Shown here piece by piece: positions 18,341-29,830 of a stretch of DNA of 64,000 nt. This DNA is from Pseudomonadota bacterium (GTDB lineage Bacteria > Pseudomonadota > Alphaproteobacteria > RF32 > CAG-239). Every line of letters starts with the position of its first letter. Within the stretch, counting starts at the first letter, position 1. The translations under genes were made by a program, and so were the position numbers. The notes beneath the pieces are model-generated. The model was not told the origin of the DNA and did not search any database. It saw nothing but the letters and a program-made list of their open reading frames with translations. The DNA is taken from the NCBI GenBank assembly GCA_918234285.1, contig CAKJXZ020000010.1:32001-96000 (forward strand). Reading direction: 5' to 3'.

Positions 18341-18694
18341 ATGGCAAAAAGAGCAATTATTGTAGGCAACGTTGAGCGTCTGGCCAAGTTGATTGCGCCG
18401 GAGCGTGTGCAAATCACAGTGAATGCAAACACCACCACGATTGATGGTAAGACCATTAACGTCCGTGAGTTAATCACCTTTGAGGTGGAGACTTTTTCCT
18501 TTGAAAAACTTCCTTTTATGGAAACTCTCTGTAATTTGTCAATCGGCGACAGAGTGACGGTAACGTTTATCGAAAACGACAAGAACTGGGAAGTTTTCGA
18601 TATTGTTCACGAGCCACATCTCGGTCGATCCCCTGATGATTGGTTCAGAGATGCCCTGGAAGACATGAAATTTTGGGATAACAGAACAAAGTAA
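18341..18694 (+). CDS. Hypothetical protein (beta-rich)
   Basis: ATG at 18341 downstream of TTGACA-17-TATTTT; has its own terminator. Confidence 0.7.
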   Translation: MAKRAIIVGNVERLAKLIAPERVQITVNANTTTIDGKTINVRELITFEVETFSFEKLPFMETLCNLSIGDRVTVTFIENDKNWEVFDIVHEPHLGRSPDDWFRDALEDMKFWDNRTK

Positions 18695-18736
18695 AAAATA
18701 TCTGTCAGACTTAGCGGTCTGACAGATATTTTTTTT
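18693..18736. terminator. Bidirectional terminator directly after the tRNA pair
   Basis: AAAAAATATCTGTCAGAC-loop-GTCTGACAGATATTTTTT. Confidence 0.85.
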
Positions 18737-18810
18737 GGTAGTCCCGAGCAGAGTTGAACTGCTGACCCATCCATGTGAAGGATATGTGATAACCGTTTCA
18801 CCACGGAACT
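18736..18810 (-). tRNA. tRNA-Val(CAC)
   Basis: Cloverleaf: acceptor AGTTCCG/CGGGACT, D stem GTGA/TCAC, anticodon stem TATCC/GGATG with loop TT-CAC-AT, T arm AGCAG-TTCAACT-CTGCT, ACCA end. Confidence 0.9.
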
Positions 18811-18829
18811 GTATAAAAAAGGGAAGTAT

Positions 18830-18904
18830 TGGTAGTCCCGAGCAGAGTTGAACTGCTGACTCATCCATGTCAAGGATACGTGATAACCGTTTCACCACGG
18901 AACT
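18830..18904 (-). tRNA. tRNA-Val(GAC)
   Basis: Same cloverleaf with loop TT-GAC-AT and encoded CCA; upstream TTGACA on the minus strand near 18938-18943. Confidence 0.92.
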
Positions 18905-19344
18905 GTAATACGCACATAATATACATTTTATTGATAATGTCAAAATATTTTTTAATATTTTTTATAAATCAAAACCCGCCAAACATTAACATATGTCCGA
19001 CAGTCAGCAGGTGTATTTTATGCAATAAAGCAAATAGGGTAATAAAAGAGAGCGACGCGAATATTAAGTTATTGTAATTTGTTTGCATTTTAGACTCCAA
19101 TATATAAAATGTTATATACTTGTAAAACAAAAAAATTAAAAAATCAACTAAATATTTATAAAAAAATAAAAATAAATACTTTTAGTAGGTTTTTTTAAAC
19201 GTGTAAAATATTTTTTAACAATACTAAAAATTTGTTTTTACGAAAAAAATATGCAAAAACCAATTAAAACTTGTATTAAAAAATTGACAAGCTAAATTGC
19301 AAAATTTATATATGAATATAGTGACTACAATTACGAGGTGAATA

Positions 19345-19848
19345 ATGAAAAAGAAAAAATCCATACGCGGCAGAATAGACGATAACGCGCCTAATCCGGT
19401 AGATGTGCATGTTGGAAAGCGAATCCGTTTAAGACGCACGATTTTGCATATTACGCAACAGCAGATGGCGGATATGTTGGGGTTAACATTCCAACAGGTT
19501 CAAAAATATGAAAAAGGAATGAACAGGGTTGGTGCCAGTCGTTTATGGGATATAAGCCGTGTTTTAGAAGTGCCGATGGGTTTCTTTTTTGAAGATATGG
19601 ATGATGTTGTGGCTGCACAAAGTCCGCGTATGCTTAATATTGAGCCGGATTCCATGAGTGTTTCGGAAAAACACTTACAGTTTGATGAAGATCCGATGAA
19701 ACGCGCTGAGACATTGGAATTGATTAGAGCTTATTATAAAATAACGAATCGTGCCATAGCAAAACAAATGTTTGATTTAATGATTGCTTTATCAAAATCG
19801 ACGGCCGGTTTAATGCGTATTGATGATAAACCGAAAAATGATAAATAA
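19345..19848 (+). CDS. XRE-family HTH transcriptional regulator
   Basis: PNPVDVHVGKRIRLRR...GLTFQQVQKYEKGMNRVGASRL, a conserved alphaproteobacterial XRE. Confidence 0.93.
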   Translation: MKKKKSIRGRIDDNAPNPVDVHVGKRIRLRRTILHITQQQMADMLGLTFQQVQKYEKGMNRVGASRLWDISRVLEVPMGFFFEDMDDVVAAQSPRMLNIEPDSMSVSEKHLQFDEDPMKRAETLELIRAYYKITNRAIAKQMFDLMIALSKSTAGLMRIDDKPKNDK

Positions 19849-20575
19849 GCAAAATGAAAAACCGAAGTTTTTCGGCAGACGCCAGGGGCGGGTAATTCAC
19901 AGAGCCAAAAGTTTTCTTTTAGATAATTTTTTGCCGCGAATCCGAATTGACAGTGATAAAAAAGCGAATTTGGAACAGTGTTTCGGTTCTAAAAAAGATG
20001 CTTATGCCTTGGAGATAGGTTTTGGTGACGGCGACCATTTGGCGACTCTATCGGCAAGAAAGCCGAACATCGGTTTTATCGGGGTGGAAGTTTACCGTAA
20101 CGGGGTGGCAAATCTGCTTTCTTTGATTACCGGTTTGAAAGACGGGCGCGACGAAGATTTGGCCAAAGAAATAAAATTGCTTCCGGATAGAGCTGATAAT
20201 GTCAGAATTTATGATGACGACGTTAGATTATTGTTTGCGGCGCTACCGGATGGTTGTTTTGATAAAATATATCTGCTGTTTCCGGACCCGTGGCCGAAAA
20301 GCCGTCATGCCAACCGGCGTTTTATCAACCCGGATAATTTGCGGGAATTGGCGCGATTATTGAAAAAGGGCGGTATATTGCAAGTAGCGACCGATCACCC
20401 GATTTATAAAAAATGGACATTGGAGACGATGCATAAAAACAGCGATTTCAGATGGACGGCAAAAACCTCTGATGATTGGCGGAATCCGCCGGCTGATTGG
20501 GCGGAAACCAAATATCAGCACAAGGCCGTGAGAGAGGGGCGTCGGCCGGTGTTTTTCGAGTTTGAAAGAATATAA
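19838..20575 (+). CDS. trmB: tRNA (guanine-N7)-methyltransferase
   Basis: FFGRRQG, LEIGFGDG, FPDPWPK..H..RR, ATD, TKYQ.KA. Confidence 0.95.
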   Translation: MINKQNEKPKFFGRRQGRVIHRAKSFLLDNFLPRIRIDSDKKANLEQCFGSKKDAYALEIGFGDGDHLATLSARKPNIGFIGVEVYRNGVANLLSLITGLKDGRDEDLAKEIKLLPDRADNVRIYDDDVRLLFAALPDGCFDKIYLLFPDPWPKSRHANRRFINPDNLRELARLLKKGGILQVATDHPIYKKWTLETMHKNSDFRWTAKTSDDWRNPPADWAETKYQHKAVREGRRPVFFEFERI

Positions 20576-20579
20576 AAAA

Positions 20580-20855
20580 TCAAAGTAACTCTTTTAAGGT
20601 TTCTTCGACCGAATCGGCATATTTATGCGGTTGCGGCTTGCTCTTTAGATAATAATAACTCAGCGAAAAAAGACGGATGGCCGGTGTCATACCAAGGCAG
20701 GAATTATGATTATCCTTGATTTTTTCAAATAAAGTTTTCCTTTTGAGTTTTTCACGATAACATATTTCATCAATAATTTTCCACTCGGTATTGGTCAGTC
20801 GCATGCAGGTTTTTTTATCAAAAACGGAAATAACTTTATTTACATGTTTAAGCAT
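20580..20855 (-). CDS. Ribbon-helix-helix (RHH_4-like) protein
   Basis: KKTCMRL...WKIIDEIC.RE...MTPAIRLF..YY matches the TSxRLE..W..L.EIA...LTSAxR pattern. Confidence 0.75.
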   Translation of the reverse strand: MLKHVNKVISVFDKKTCMRLTNTEWKIIDEICYREKLKRKTLFEKIKDNHNSCLGMTPAIRLFSLSYYYLKSKPQPHKYADSVEETLKELL

Positions 20856-21065
20856 AATATCCTCTCAAGTTGTTTTTTTACAGAATATAAATCATTAAAT
20901 GTATTGTTTCAATTAAAAATATAAAAAATAAACAAACTAAACCTGTAATTATTAAAAAACACGGCGGTTGAAGTTGTGGAAAACAGAATCTTTGCTCTTA
21001 TTTTTGACTCAAATTTGACTCATTGAAAATTTCGGCATTTTTTTAAAATTTTTTTAATTTTTTGC

Positions 21066-21094
21066 TTGCATTTGCGTTTTTGTTATGTTATAAG
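21066..21094 (+). promoter_or_regulatory. S10 operon promoter
   Basis: TTGCAT-17 nt-TATAAG followed by GC-rich discriminator CGCGC. Confidence 0.65.
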
Positions 21095-21258
21095 CGCGCT
21101 ACAACAATTGTTTTGAGAGGGTTTACCTCGCAGCGAAGCAAATATAAAATATAGCGCAAACCTTTGTTGCGAAAGCGTTTGCAAAGATTAACAAATTTTA
21201 GATAGCAGGGAATTCCTTGTTGGTTTTTTTTGCTGTTTAGTTATAGGAAAAGTATAAA

Positions 21259-21567
21259 ATGGAAACACAAAATATACGAATTCGCCTTAAGGCTTTTGAT
21301 CACAGATTGCTCGACCTTTCTACCACGGAAATCGTGCATACTGCCAAAAGAACGGGCGCAAGCGTCAGAGGTCCGATACCTCTGCCTAACAAAATCGAAA
21401 AGTTTACGGTAAATCGTTCGCCGCACGTTGATAAAAAGTCTCGTGAACAGTTCGAAATCCGTACACACAAAAGACTTTTGGATATTGTTAACCCGACACC
21501 GCAAACCGTTGATGCTTTGATGAAGCTTGATTTGGCTGCCGGTGTAAATGTTGAAATAAAATTGTAA
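21259..21567 (+). CDS. rpsJ: 30S ribosomal protein S10
   Basis: [24 protein letters not shown]. Confidence 0.99.
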   Translation: METQNIRIRLKAFDHRLLDLSTTEIVHTAKRTGASVRGPIPLPNKIEKFTVNRSPHVDKKSREQFEIRTHKRLLDIVNPTPQTVDALMKLDLAAGVNVEIKL

Positions 21568-21622
21568 TTAATGTTGGCGCCTTATAAGGGTTGTCAACCT
21601 ATTAAGAAAAGGAAAAATAATA

Positions 21623-22345
21623 ATGCGTACTGGTCTAATCGCAAAAAAATTAGGAATGTCCCGCATTTTTCAGGCCGACGGAACTCATGTTCCTGTAACG
21701 GTTTTGAGTGTTGAAGGTTTGCAGGTAGTTAATGTAAAGACTGCCGAAAAAGACGGATACAACGCCGTACAATTGGGTACCGGCGCCGTAAAAGCCAAAA
21801 ATGTAAGCAAACCGCTTAAGGGATATTTCGCTAAGGCTAAAATTGAACCGAAAAAGAAATTGTGGGAATTCAGAGTTTCTGATGACTGCTTATTGAATGT
21901 CGGTTCGGAATTGTCGGTTGAACACTTCGTTCCGGGACAATATGTTGACGTATGCGCCACCTCAAACGGTAAAGGCTTTGCCGGCGTAATGAAGCGTTAC
22001 AATTTTGCCGGTTTGGAAGCAAGTCACGGTGTATCTATTTCTCACCGTTCGCACGGTTCTACCGGTCAAAGACAAGATCCGGGTAAAGTTTTCAAAGGTA
22101 AGAAAATGGCCGGACACATGGGTGCTGAACGCGTTACCGTTCAAAATCTCAAGGTTGTTTCGGTTGATTCTGCCAGAGGCTTGATTATGGTTAAAGGCGG
22201 CGTTCCGGGTTGCGAAAACGCATGGGTAAGAATTACCGATGCCGTTAAGAAGCCGGCTACTGTTGCTTTGCCGATGCCTGCCGGATTGAAAAAAGTTGAT
22301 GAACCTGTTGTGACAGCTGAAGTTTCGGCTGAGAATGCAGAATAG
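21623..22345 (+). CDS. rplC: 50S ribosomal protein L3
   Basis: [31 protein letters not shown]. Confidence 0.99.
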   Translation: MRTGLIAKKLGMSRIFQADGTHVPVTVLSVEGLQVVNVKTAEKDGYNAVQLGTGAVKAKNVSKPLKGYFAKAKIEPKKKLWEFRVSDDCLLNVGSELSVEHFVPGQYVDVCATSNGKGFAGVMKRYNFAGLEASHGVSISHRSHGSTGQRQDPGKVFKGKKMAGHMGAERVTVQNLKVVSVDSARGLIMVKGGVPGCENAWVRITDAVKKPATVALPMPAGLKKVDEPVVTAEVSAENAE

Positions 22346-22360
22346 TTTAAGGATAAAGAA

Positions 22361-22984
22361 ATGAAACAGGACATCTTAAATTTAGAAAATAAAAATGTCG
22401 GTTCCATCGAACTGAACGACTCGATTTACGGTTTGGAAGTTCGTTCCGATATTTTACAACGCGTTGTAACTTGGCAGTTAGCGAGATTACAAAGCGGCAA
22501 TCACGCTACCAAAGGTCGCTCCGATGTAGCTTTGACGCCGTCCAAGCCGTTCAGACAGAAAGGTTCGGGTAACGCACGTCAAGGCTCCAGAAAAGGTGCT
22601 CAATTCCGTAAGGGTGGTGTGGTATTTGGTCCGATTGTAAGAGATCACTCTTTTGATTTGACCAAGAAATTCAGAAAACTCGGTCTGAAGACCGCTCTTT
22701 CCGCGAAAGCGAAAGAAGGTAATCTTATCGTTATTGATGAAGCAAAGTTGTCGGCTCCTAAAACAAGTGATTTGAAAGCAAAATTAAGTGCTTGCGGACT
22801 GACAAACTGCCTTATTATTGACGGTAAGGATGTAGATGTTAATTTTGCTTTGGCAAGCCGCAATATCGAAGGAATCGATATTCTTCCGACAATCGGTGCC
22901 AATGTATACGACATCTTAAAGAAGGACAAATTGGTATTAACAAAAGATGCAGTAAGTTGCTTAGAGGAGAGATTAAATGGCTAA
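22361..22984 (+). CDS. rplD: 50S ribosomal protein L4
   Basis: [15 protein letters not shown]; operon position. Confidence 0.99.
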   Translation: MKQDILNLENKNVGSIELNDSIYGLEVRSDILQRVVTWQLARLQSGNHATKGRSDVALTPSKPFRQKGSGNARQGSRKGAQFRKGGVVFGPIVRDHSFDLTKKFRKLGLKTALSAKAKEGNLIVIDEAKLSAPKTSDLKAKLSACGLTNCLIIDGKDVDVNFALASRNIEGIDILPTIGANVYDILKKDKLVLTKDAVSCLEERLNG

Positions 22985-23291
22985 GAACAAATCAAACAAT
23001 GTAACTGCAGCAATGTATGATACATTGGTTCGTCCGGTAATTACCGAAAAATCTATGGTTTCATCGGAAGCTGGAAAAGTGGTATTCGAAGTACCTTTAT
23101 CAGCTACCAAAGAAAGCGTTAAAGCTGCAGTTGAAGCAATTTTTAACGTAAAAGTTACCAAGGTAAATACCATTAAACAGTTTGGTAAGGCTAAGAGCTT
23201 CAGAGGTCATATCGGTCATCGTTCTGACTTCAAAAAAGCTATCATTACCCTTGCCGATGGTCAAAACATTGATGTTACAACAGGAATTTAA
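22977..23291 (+). CDS. rplW: 50S ribosomal protein L23
   Basis: PVITEKS, KKAIITL. Confidence 0.98.
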   Translation: MAKNKSNNVTAAMYDTLVRPVITEKSMVSSEAGKVVFEVPLSATKESVKAAVEAIFNVKVTKVNTIKQFGKAKSFRGHIGHRSDFKKAIITLADGQNIDVTTGI

Positions 23292-23293
23292 TC

Positions 23294-24127
23294 ATGGCTT
23301 TGAATACATATAAGCCCACATCTGCAGGACGTCGCCAACTGATTCTCGTTGATAAGAGCGAGTTATACAAGGGCAAGCCTGAAAAGAGTTTAACGAAAGG
23401 TATTTCGAAAACAGGTGGGCGTGATAACTACGGACACGTTACAAGTCGTCGTATCGGTGGCGGTCATAAACGCAGCTATCGTATGATTGACTTTAAACGT
23501 AATAAATTTGATTGTGAGGCAACAGTCGAGAGAATCGAGTATGATCCGAATCGTACGGCATTTATCGCTTTAATCAGCTACAGTGACGGCGAAAAGGCTT
23601 ATATTTTGGCTCCGCAAAGACTGAAATCCGGCGATAAAGTAATTTCTGCTTCTAAGGCAGATATTAAGCCGGGTAATGCAATGCCTTTAAAGAATATGCC
23701 GGTTGGTACGATTGTACACAACATTGAGCTGAAGGCGGGCAAAGGCGGCCAGTTGGTACGTTCTGCCGGTTGTTATGCGCAAGTTGTTGGTAAAGACGCC
23801 GGTTATGTTCAATTGAAGTTGAATTCCGGCGAACTGCGTATGGTTCGTGAGGAATGTTTGGCAACGGTTGGTGCCGTTTCCAATCCGGATAACCAAAATA
23901 TATCTCTTGGTAAGGCCGGTCGTAATCGTTGGCTCGGAAACCGTCCGGTTTCCCGCGGTGTAGCGATGAACCCGGTTGATCACCCTCTCGGTGGTGGTGA
24001 AGGCCGTACATCCGGTGGTCGCCATCCGGTTACTCCGTGGGGTAAACCGACTAAGGGTGCCAAGACTCGTTCTAACAAGAAGACAGATCGCTTTATTATG
24101 AGATCTCGTCATGATAACAAGAATTAA
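23294..24127 (+). CDS. rplB: 50S ribosomal protein L2
   Basis: [26 protein letters not shown]. Confidence 0.99.
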   Translation: MALNTYKPTSAGRRQLILVDKSELYKGKPEKSLTKGISKTGGRDNYGHVTSRRIGGGHKRSYRMIDFKRNKFDCEATVERIEYDPNRTAFIALISYSDGEKAYILAPQRLKSGDKVISASKADIKPGNAMPLKNMPVGTIVHNIELKAGKGGQLVRSAGCYAQVVGKDAGYVQLKLNSGELRMVREECLATVGAVSNPDNQNISLGKAGRNRWLGNRPVSRGVAMNPVDHPLGGGEGRTSGGRHPVTPWGKPTKGAKTRSNKKTDRFIMRSRHDNKN

Positions 24128-24142
24128 TAAGGAGAAAAGCTA

Positions 24143-24418
24143 ATGACTCGTTCTGTATGGAAAGGACCTTTTGTTGATGGCTATCTCTTGAAGAAAGCTG
24201 ACGCTGCTAGAAATTCTAGCCGTAATGAAGTGATTAAAATTTGGTCTCGTCGTTCTACCATGTTACCGCAATTTGTCGGTTTAACATTTGGTGTTCACAA
24301 CGGTCACAAATTTATTCCGGTATTGGTTACCGAAGATATGGTTGGTCACAAATTCGGTGAATTTGCTCCGACTCGTACCTTCTACGGTCATACCAAAGAA
24401 ACTGCGAAGAGAGGTTAA
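24143..24418 (+). CDS. rpsS: 30S ribosomal protein S19
   Basis: [23 protein letters not shown]. Confidence 0.99.
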   Translation: MTRSVWKGPFVDGYLLKKADAARNSSRNEVIKIWSRRSTMLPQFVGLTFGVHNGHKFIPVLVTEDMVGHKFGEFAPTRTFYGHTKETAKRG

Positions 24419-24420
24419 TT

Positions 24421-24777
24421 ATGGCTGAGAATAGTATTAAACAAGCAAAGGCAGTTTGCCGTTCAATCAGAACCAGTTCACGCAAGTTGAACTTGGTAGC
24501 GCAAACCATTCGCGGTTTGAAGGCTGAAAAAGCGGTTGCCGAATTAAGCTTCTCTAAGAAGAGAATCGCAAAAGTGGCTCTGGAATTGTTGCAATCTGCA
24601 ATTTCCAATGCCGAAAATAACCACAACCTTAACATTGATAAGCTCGTTGTAAGCGAAGCTTATGTAGGTAAAGGTATTGTAATGAAAAGAATGAATGCGC
24701 GTGGTCGCGGCAGAAGCGCTCGTATTTTGAAGCCGTTTTCTTCCATGACCATCGTTGTTTCGGAGCGTGGGGAGTAA
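24421..24777 (+). CDS. rplV: 50S ribosomal protein L22
   Basis: [15 protein letters not shown]; operon position. Confidence 0.98.
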   Translation: MAENSIKQAKAVCRSIRTSSRKLNLVAQTIRGLKAEKAVAELSFSKKRIAKVALELLQSAISNAENNHNLNIDKLVVSEAYVGKGIVMKRMNARGRGRSARILKPFSSMTIVVSERGE

Positions 24778-24781
24778 ATAA

Positions 24782-25453
24782 ATGGGACAGAAAGTTAATC
24801 CTACCAGTCTTCGTTTAGGTGTAAATCGCACTTGGGACTCTCGTTGGTATGCTGAAAATGATAAGTTTACCGACTATCTCCACGAAGATCTGAAAATTAA
24901 AAAATTCTTGAATGAAAAGTTGGCTCAAGCCGGCATCAGCCAAATCGTTATCGAACGTTCGGCTAAAAAAGCAAGAGTTACAATTCATTCGGCCAGACCG
25001 GGTGTTGTAATTGGCAAGAAGGGTCAGGATATCGAGAATGTAAGAAAAGACATTCAAAAATTGACCGACTCCGAAGTTCAATTGAACATCGTTGAAGTAA
25101 GAAAACCGGAGCTGGATGCCAAGTTGGTTGCTGATTCTGTGGCTCAACAGTTGGAACGCCGTGTGGCTTTCCGTCGCGCCATGAAGAGAGTTATGCAGTC
25201 TGCTTTGCGTTTGGGTGCTGAAGGTATTAAAGTTAGCTGCAGCGGTCGTTTGGGTGGCGCAGAAATTGCTCGTACCGAATACTACCGTGAAGGCCGCGTG
25301 CCTTTGCACACATTGCGTGCGGATATTGACTATGCAACCTCAACAGCTCATACAACTTATGGTGCTTGCGGCGTAAAAGTATGGATCTACAAGGGCGAAA
25401 TCATGAGCCACGATCCGATGGCGCAAGACAAGAAGTTGACTGAACAAAAGTAA
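24782..25453 (+). CDS. rpsC: 30S ribosomal protein S3
   Basis: [21 protein letters not shown]. Confidence 0.99.
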   Translation: MGQKVNPTSLRLGVNRTWDSRWYAENDKFTDYLHEDLKIKKFLNEKLAQAGISQIVIERSAKKARVTIHSARPGVVIGKKGQDIENVRKDIQKLTDSEVQLNIVEVRKPELDAKLVADSVAQQLERRVAFRRAMKRVMQSALRLGAEGIKVSCSGRLGGAEIARTEYYREGRVPLHTLRADIDYATSTAHTTYGACGVKVWIYKGEIMSHDPMAQDKKLTEQK

Positions 25454-25471
25454 TAACGCGAGGTTAGAGAA

Positions 25472-25906
25472 ATGTTAAGTCCAAAACGTTTGAAATTCCA
25501 CAAGCAGCATAAAGGTCGTATTCACGGCATGGCTAAAGGTGGTTCAGAATTAAATTTCGGTTTATACGGTTTGAAGGCTCTGACTCCTGACCGTGTGACG
25601 GCACGTCAAATCGAGGCAGCTCGTCGTGCAATCACACGTCAGATGCAGAGAGCAGGAAAACTGTGGATCAGAATTTTCCCGGATGTACCGGTATCGGATA
25701 AACCGGCCGAAGTACGTATGGGTAAAGGTAAGGGTGCTATCGAATTTTGGGTAGCCAGAGTTAAACCGGGTCGCATTATGTTTGAAATTACGGGTGTTTC
25801 GGAAGAAATCGCTCGCAGAGCTTTTGAACTGGGCGCCGCAAAATTGCCGGTTAAGTGCAAATTTGTAAAGCGTTTGAACTCTGATATCGTTAAAGGAGAC
25901 GCATAA
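25472..25906 (+). CDS. rplP: 50S ribosomal protein L16
   Basis: [16 protein letters not shown]. Confidence 0.99.
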   Translation: MLSPKRLKFHKQHKGRIHGMAKGGSELNFGLYGLKALTPDRVTARQIEAARRAITRQMQRAGKLWIRIFPDVPVSDKPAEVRMGKGKGAIEFWVARVKPGRIMFEITGVSEEIARRAFELGAAKLPVKCKFVKRLNSDIVKGDA

Positions 25907-26103
25907 TGGTTAAAACAAAAGATTTACGCGCTATGACGATTGATGAATTGGAAAGCAAGTTAGTAGAATGCAAAAAAGAGCAGGCTAATTTGCGTATTCA
26001 ACAATCAACCGGTCAACTTGAGAATGTTTCCAACATTCGCAAAGTTCGCCGTGATGTAGCCAAAATCAACACGCTCATTACTGAGCGCAAGAAGAATAGT
26101 TAG
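25906..26103 (+). CDS. rpmC: 50S ribosomal protein L29
   Basis: [10 protein letters not shown]...[10 protein letters not shown]. Confidence 0.97.
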   Translation: MVKTKDLRAMTIDELESKLVECKKEQANLRIQQSTGQLENVSNIRKVRRDVAKINTLITERKKNS

Positions 26104-26113
26104 GAGAAAGAAT

Positions 26114-26353
26114 ATGCCTAAGAGAATTCTTCAAGGTGTTGTTGTTAGTGATAAACAGGATAAAACTGTCGTGGTCAGTGTAGAGCGTCAGGTTATGCAT
26201 CCGGTTTACAAAAAATTCGTGAAGAAGAGTAAAAAATTTGCCGCTCACGATGAAAACAATCAGTACAAGGTTGGAGATCAGGTTTCTATTGAAGAATGCC
26301 GTCCGATTTCCAAGAACAAATCTTGGACTGTGATTTCGTCTGATAACGCCTAA
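26114..26353 (+). CDS. rpsQ: 30S ribosomal protein S17
   Basis: [25 protein letters not shown]. Confidence 0.98.
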   Translation: MPKRILQGVVVSDKQDKTVVVSVERQVMHPVYKKFVKKSKKFAAHDENNQYKVGDQVSIEECRPISKNKSWTVISSDNA

Positions 26354-26372
26354 GATATGAAGGAATAAAAAA

Positions 26373-26741
26373 ATGATACAAATGCAAACCAACCTCGATG
26401 TTGCTGATAATTCAGGCGCACGTCAGGTGCAGTGCATCAAGGTTCTTGGTGGTTCCAAGAGAAAAACGGCTTCTGTGGGTGATGTCATTGTTGTAGCAAT
26501 ACAAGATGCGTTGCCGAGAGGACACGTTAAAAAGGGCGATGTATATAAAGCTGTTATCGTGAGAACGGCCAGCGATATTCGTCGCAAAGACGGAAGTGTA
26601 ATCCGTTTTGACAGTAATGCCGCAGTTTTAATCAATAAAGACGGTGAGCCGATCGGTACTCGTATCTTCGGCCCTGTTACGAGAGAATTGCGTGCAAAGA
26701 AATTTATGAAAATCATTTCATTAGCACCGGAGGTATTGTAA
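26373..26741 (+). CDS. rplN: 50S ribosomal protein L14
   Basis: [22 protein letters not shown]. Confidence 0.99.
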   Translation: MIQMQTNLDVADNSGARQVQCIKVLGGSKRKTASVGDVIVVAIQDALPRGHVKKGDVYKAVIVRTASDIRRKDGSVIRFDSNAAVLINKDGEPIGTRIFGPVTRELRAKKFMKIISLAPEVL

Positions 26742-27049
26742 TGCCTAAAATGAAAATTAAAAAGAACGATACGGTTATCATTTTGTCGGGCGACGACAAG
26801 GGTAAAACCGGCGTTGTAAAAAAAGCACTTCCGAGAGAAAGCAAGGTTGTTGTTGAAGGTTTGAATATGGTAAAGCGCCACACCAAACCGTCGCAAACAA
26901 CTCCGGGCGGAATTATCTCGAAAGAAGCAGCAATTCACGTTTCCAATGTTGCCATTGTTAAAGAAGGCAAGGCAACCAAAGTCGGCTACAAAACCGTAGA
27001 CGGCAGAAAGGTTCGTGTTGCTCGCAAAACCGGTGATGTAATCGATTAA
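26741..27049 (+). CDS. rplX: 50S ribosomal protein L24
   Basis: KOW motif SGDDKGKTG and EAAIHVSNV. Confidence 0.98.
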   Translation: MPKMKIKKNDTVIILSGDDKGKTGVVKKALPRESKVVVEGLNMVKRHTKPSQTTPGGIISKEAAIHVSNVAIVKEGKATKVGYKTVDGRKVRVARKTGDVID

Positions 27050-27063
27050 TGGGAGAAAATTTT

Positions 27064-27603
27064 ATGACAAACTATGAAAATTTATATAACAACGTCATAA
27101 AGAAATCTCTTGTGGAAAAATTCGGTTACAAAAATCCACATGAGGTTCCGAAGCTGACGAAAATCGTTTTGAATATGGGTGTCGGCGATGCCGTTACCGA
27201 TAAGAAAAAAGTAACATCCGCTATGGAAGAATTGGCGGCTATTTCCGGTCAACAGCCGGTTATGACCAAGGCTCGCAAATCTATCGCTACCTTCAAAGTA
27301 CGTGAAGGTATGCCGATCGGTTGCAAGGTTACTCTGCGTTCTGCCAGAATGTATGAGTTCTTGGAAAGACTGGTTAATATGGCCTTGCCGCGAATCCGTG
27401 ACTTCCACGGTATTACCGGTAAAAACTTCGATGGCAAAGGTAACTTCGCTTTCGGTATTAAGGAACAAATCATTTTCCCTGAAATTAACTACGAAAAGGT
27501 AGATGAAGTCAGAGGTCTTGATATTGTTATTTGTACAACAGCTAAGACAGACGAAGAAGCAAAGTTTCTGCTGACATCGTTTAACTTGCCTTACAAGAAA
27601 TAA
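27064..27603 (+). CDS. rplE: 50S ribosomal protein L5
   Basis: [24 protein letters not shown]. Confidence 0.99.
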   Translation: MTNYENLYNNVIKKSLVEKFGYKNPHEVPKLTKIVLNMGVGDAVTDKKKVTSAMEELAAISGQQPVMTKARKSIATFKVREGMPIGCKVTLRSARMYEFLERLVNMALPRIRDFHGITGKNFDGKGNFAFGIKEQIIFPEINYEKVDEVRGLDIVICTTAKTDEEAKFLLTSFNLPYKK

Positions 27604-27617
27604 GCGGAGATTTTACT

Positions 27618-27923
27618 ATGTCAAAAACAAGTTCGGTATATAGAAACTTGAAAAGAGTTAAGATGGCTGCTAAGTATTCGAACCGCCGTCAAAAACAAAA
27701 AGCAATCATGATGGATAAGAATGCTTCTCCGGAAGAGAGAATGCAGGCTCAGTTTGCTTTGCAAAAATTCCCGAAGAATTCTGCAAAATGCCGTATTCGC
27801 AATCGTTGCAGAATTACGGGACGTTCACGTAGTTATTACAGAAAGTTCGGTTTAAGCCGTGTTGAATTGAGAGATTTGGCAAGCTTTGGCGAAATTCCTG
27901 GTTTAGTAAAATCAAGCTGGTAA
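27618..27923 (+). CDS. rpsN: 30S ribosomal protein S14 (long, Zn-free type)
   Basis: [17 protein letters not shown]; 101 aa. Confidence 0.98.
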   Translation: MSKTSSVYRNLKRVKMAAKYSNRRQKQKAIMMDKNASPEERMQAQFALQKFPKNSAKCRIRNRCRITGRSRSYYRKFGLSRVELRDLASFGEIPGLVKSSW

Positions 27924-27937
27924 GGAGGGAAGATATC

Positions 27938-28336
27938 ATGTCTATGAGTGATCCTTTGGGCGATATGCTCACACGCATCAGAAACGCACAAAGAGCGAAA
28001 AAGAGTGACGTTGTATCACCTGCTTCTCGCTTGCGTGAAAGTGTGTTGGAAGTTTTGAAGCGCGAAGGCTACATTGAAGGCTTTGAAAAGAACAATGTAC
28101 GTCCGGGTGTTGATGAACTTCGTATTCAATTAAAGTACCATGAAGGTGCTGCAGTTATTACAAAAATTTACCGCGTTTCGACTCCGGGCCGTCGCGTTTA
28201 TTCAAGCGTGAAGGATTTGCCGAGAGTTTACAACGGCTTGGGTATTTCCATCATTTCTACTCCGCAAGGTGTTATGAGTGATAATGAAGCCCGCAAGGCT
28301 AATGTTGGCGGCGAAGTTTTGTGCCAAGTGTTCTAA
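27938..28336 (+). CDS. rpsH: 30S ribosomal protein S8
   Basis: [27 protein letters not shown]. Confidence 0.99.
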   Translation: MSMSDPLGDMLTRIRNAQRAKKSDVVSPASRLRESVLEVLKREGYIEGFEKNNVRPGVDELRIQLKYHEGAAVITKIYRVSTPGRRVYSSVKDLPRVYNGLGISIISTPQGVMSDNEARKANVGGEVLCQVF

Positions 28337-28347
28337 GGAGGTAAGGA

Positions 28348-28884
28348 ATGTCAAGAGTTGGTAAATATCCAGTTGTTGTTCCTGCCGGTGTAGAACTGAG
28401 CATCAATAACAATACGGTTGTGGCAAAAGGTAAGTTGGGCGAATTGTCCTATTCTTTTGATGACAGCCACGTTGCAACAAAATTTGAAGACGGTAAAGTG
28501 ACGGTTTCACCGTTGTCTCAAAGTAATGCAGCCAGAGCTTTGTGGGGTACAACCCGCGCTCGCATTAATGAGATGATTAAAGGTGTAAGCGAAGGCTTTA
28601 CAAAAGATATGGAATTGGTCGGCGTCGGTTATAAGGCGCGTGTTGAAGGTAAGAACCTGATTTTGTCTTTGGGTTTTTCGCATGAAGTTACTTTTCCGGC
28701 TCCGGAAGGTATTAAAATTTCCTGCGCATCTCCGACACAAATTTCAATCTTTGGTGCAGACAAACAAAAAGTTGGCCAAGTTGCGGCAGAAATTCGTAAA
28801 TATAGAAAACCTGAACCGTATAAAGGTAAGGGCGTAAAATATACCAACGAATATGTACGTCGTAAAGAAGGCAAGAAGAAATAA
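28348..28884 (+). CDS. rplF: 50S ribosomal protein L6
   Basis: [17 protein letters not shown]. Confidence 0.99.
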   Translation: MSRVGKYPVVVPAGVELSINNNTVVAKGKLGELSYSFDDSHVATKFEDGKVTVSPLSQSNAARALWGTTRARINEMIKGVSEGFTKDMELVGVGYKARVEGKNLILSLGFSHEVTFPAPEGIKISCASPTQISIFGADKQKVGQVAAEIRKYRKPEPYKGKGVKYTNEYVRRKEGKKK

Positions 28885-28895
28885 GGAATAAGTCG

Positions 28896-29258
28896 ATGAA
28901 TACACCAAAAAAATTGTTTGAAAGAAGACAAGCTCGTGTAAGATACGCTTTGAAAAACGCCGCCAACGGCAAATTAAGATTGTCGGTTTTCCGCAGCGGT
29001 AAGCATATCTATGCACAAATCATTGACGATGTAAAAGGTTTGACAGTTGCTTCTGCATCTACCTTGGATAAGGAAATCAGAGGACAAATTAAAAAATCTT
29101 CTACGGTTGAAGCCGCTGGCTTCATTGGTAAAGTAATTGCTGAAAGAGCTACAAAATCCGGTATTTCCGAAGTGGTATTTGACCGCGGCGGTTATATCTA
29201 TCACGGTCGGGTTAAGGCCTTGGCTGAAGCAGCTCGCGAAGCCGGTTTGAAATTCTAG
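28896..29258 (+). CDS. rplR: 50S ribosomal protein L18
   Basis: [24 protein letters not shown]. Confidence 0.99.
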   Translation: MNTPKKLFERRQARVRYALKNAANGKLRLSVFRSGKHIYAQIIDDVKGLTVASASTLDKEIRGQIKKSSTVEAAGFIGKVIAERATKSGISEVVFDRGGYIYHGRVKALAEAAREAGLKF

Positions 29259-29267
29259 GAGATGAAG

Positions 29268-29828
29268 ATGGTACAATCTACAGATCGTCATAACAAAAAA
29301 GAAGTGAAAGATGAGTTGGTCGAAAGACTGGTTCACGTTAACCGTGTAGCTAAAACCGTTAAAGGCGGACGCACCATGAGTTTCGCCGCGGTTGTGGTTG
29401 TGGGTGACCAAAAGGGTCGTATCGGTTTGGGTACCGGTAAGGCTGCGGAAGTTCCGGAAGCAATCACCAAGGCTACAAACGAAGCAAGAAAGAATATGAT
29501 TCGTATTCCGTTGCGCGAAGGCAGAACTCTGCACCACGATATTTCCGGTCGTTTCGGCGCCGGTAAGGTGGTTTTGAGAACAGCTCCTGCCGGTACCGGT
29601 GTTATTGCCGGCGGCCCGATGCGTGCTGTTTTTGAAGTTCTGGGTGTGCAAGATGTGGTTGCCAAATCATTGGGTTCCAATAACCCGTACAATATGATTA
29701 AAGCAACTTTCGATGCTTTAAAGGGTATTAACTCACCGAGAATGGTTGCAGCTAAACGCGGCAAGAAAGTCGGTGATATTGTCAGCCGCCGTGAAGGTAT
29801 GGCCAAAGACGTTAAAGAGGAGGCTTAA
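29268..29828 (+). CDS. rpsE: 30S ribosomal protein S5
   Basis: [19 protein letters not shown]. Confidence 0.99.
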   Translation: MVQSTDRHNKKEVKDELVERLVHVNRVAKTVKGGRTMSFAAVVVVGDQKGRIGLGTGKAAEVPEAITKATNEARKNMIRIPLREGRTLHHDISGRFGAGKVVLRTAPAGTGVIAGGPMRAVFEVLGVQDVVAKSLGSNNPYNMIKATFDALKGINSPRMVAAKRGKKVGDIVSRREGMAKDVKEEA

Positions 29829-29830
29829 TC

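Noticed and set aside
18735-18907. Direct repeat as a possible CRISPR array or attL/attR pair
   Set aside because: Both copies are complete tRNA genes with CCA; no spacer series, cas gene or integrase.
18909-18943. Weak dif-like sequence (GCACATAATATACATT)
   Set aside because: No XerD arm; better explained as the tRNA promoter, and the region appears origin-proximal.
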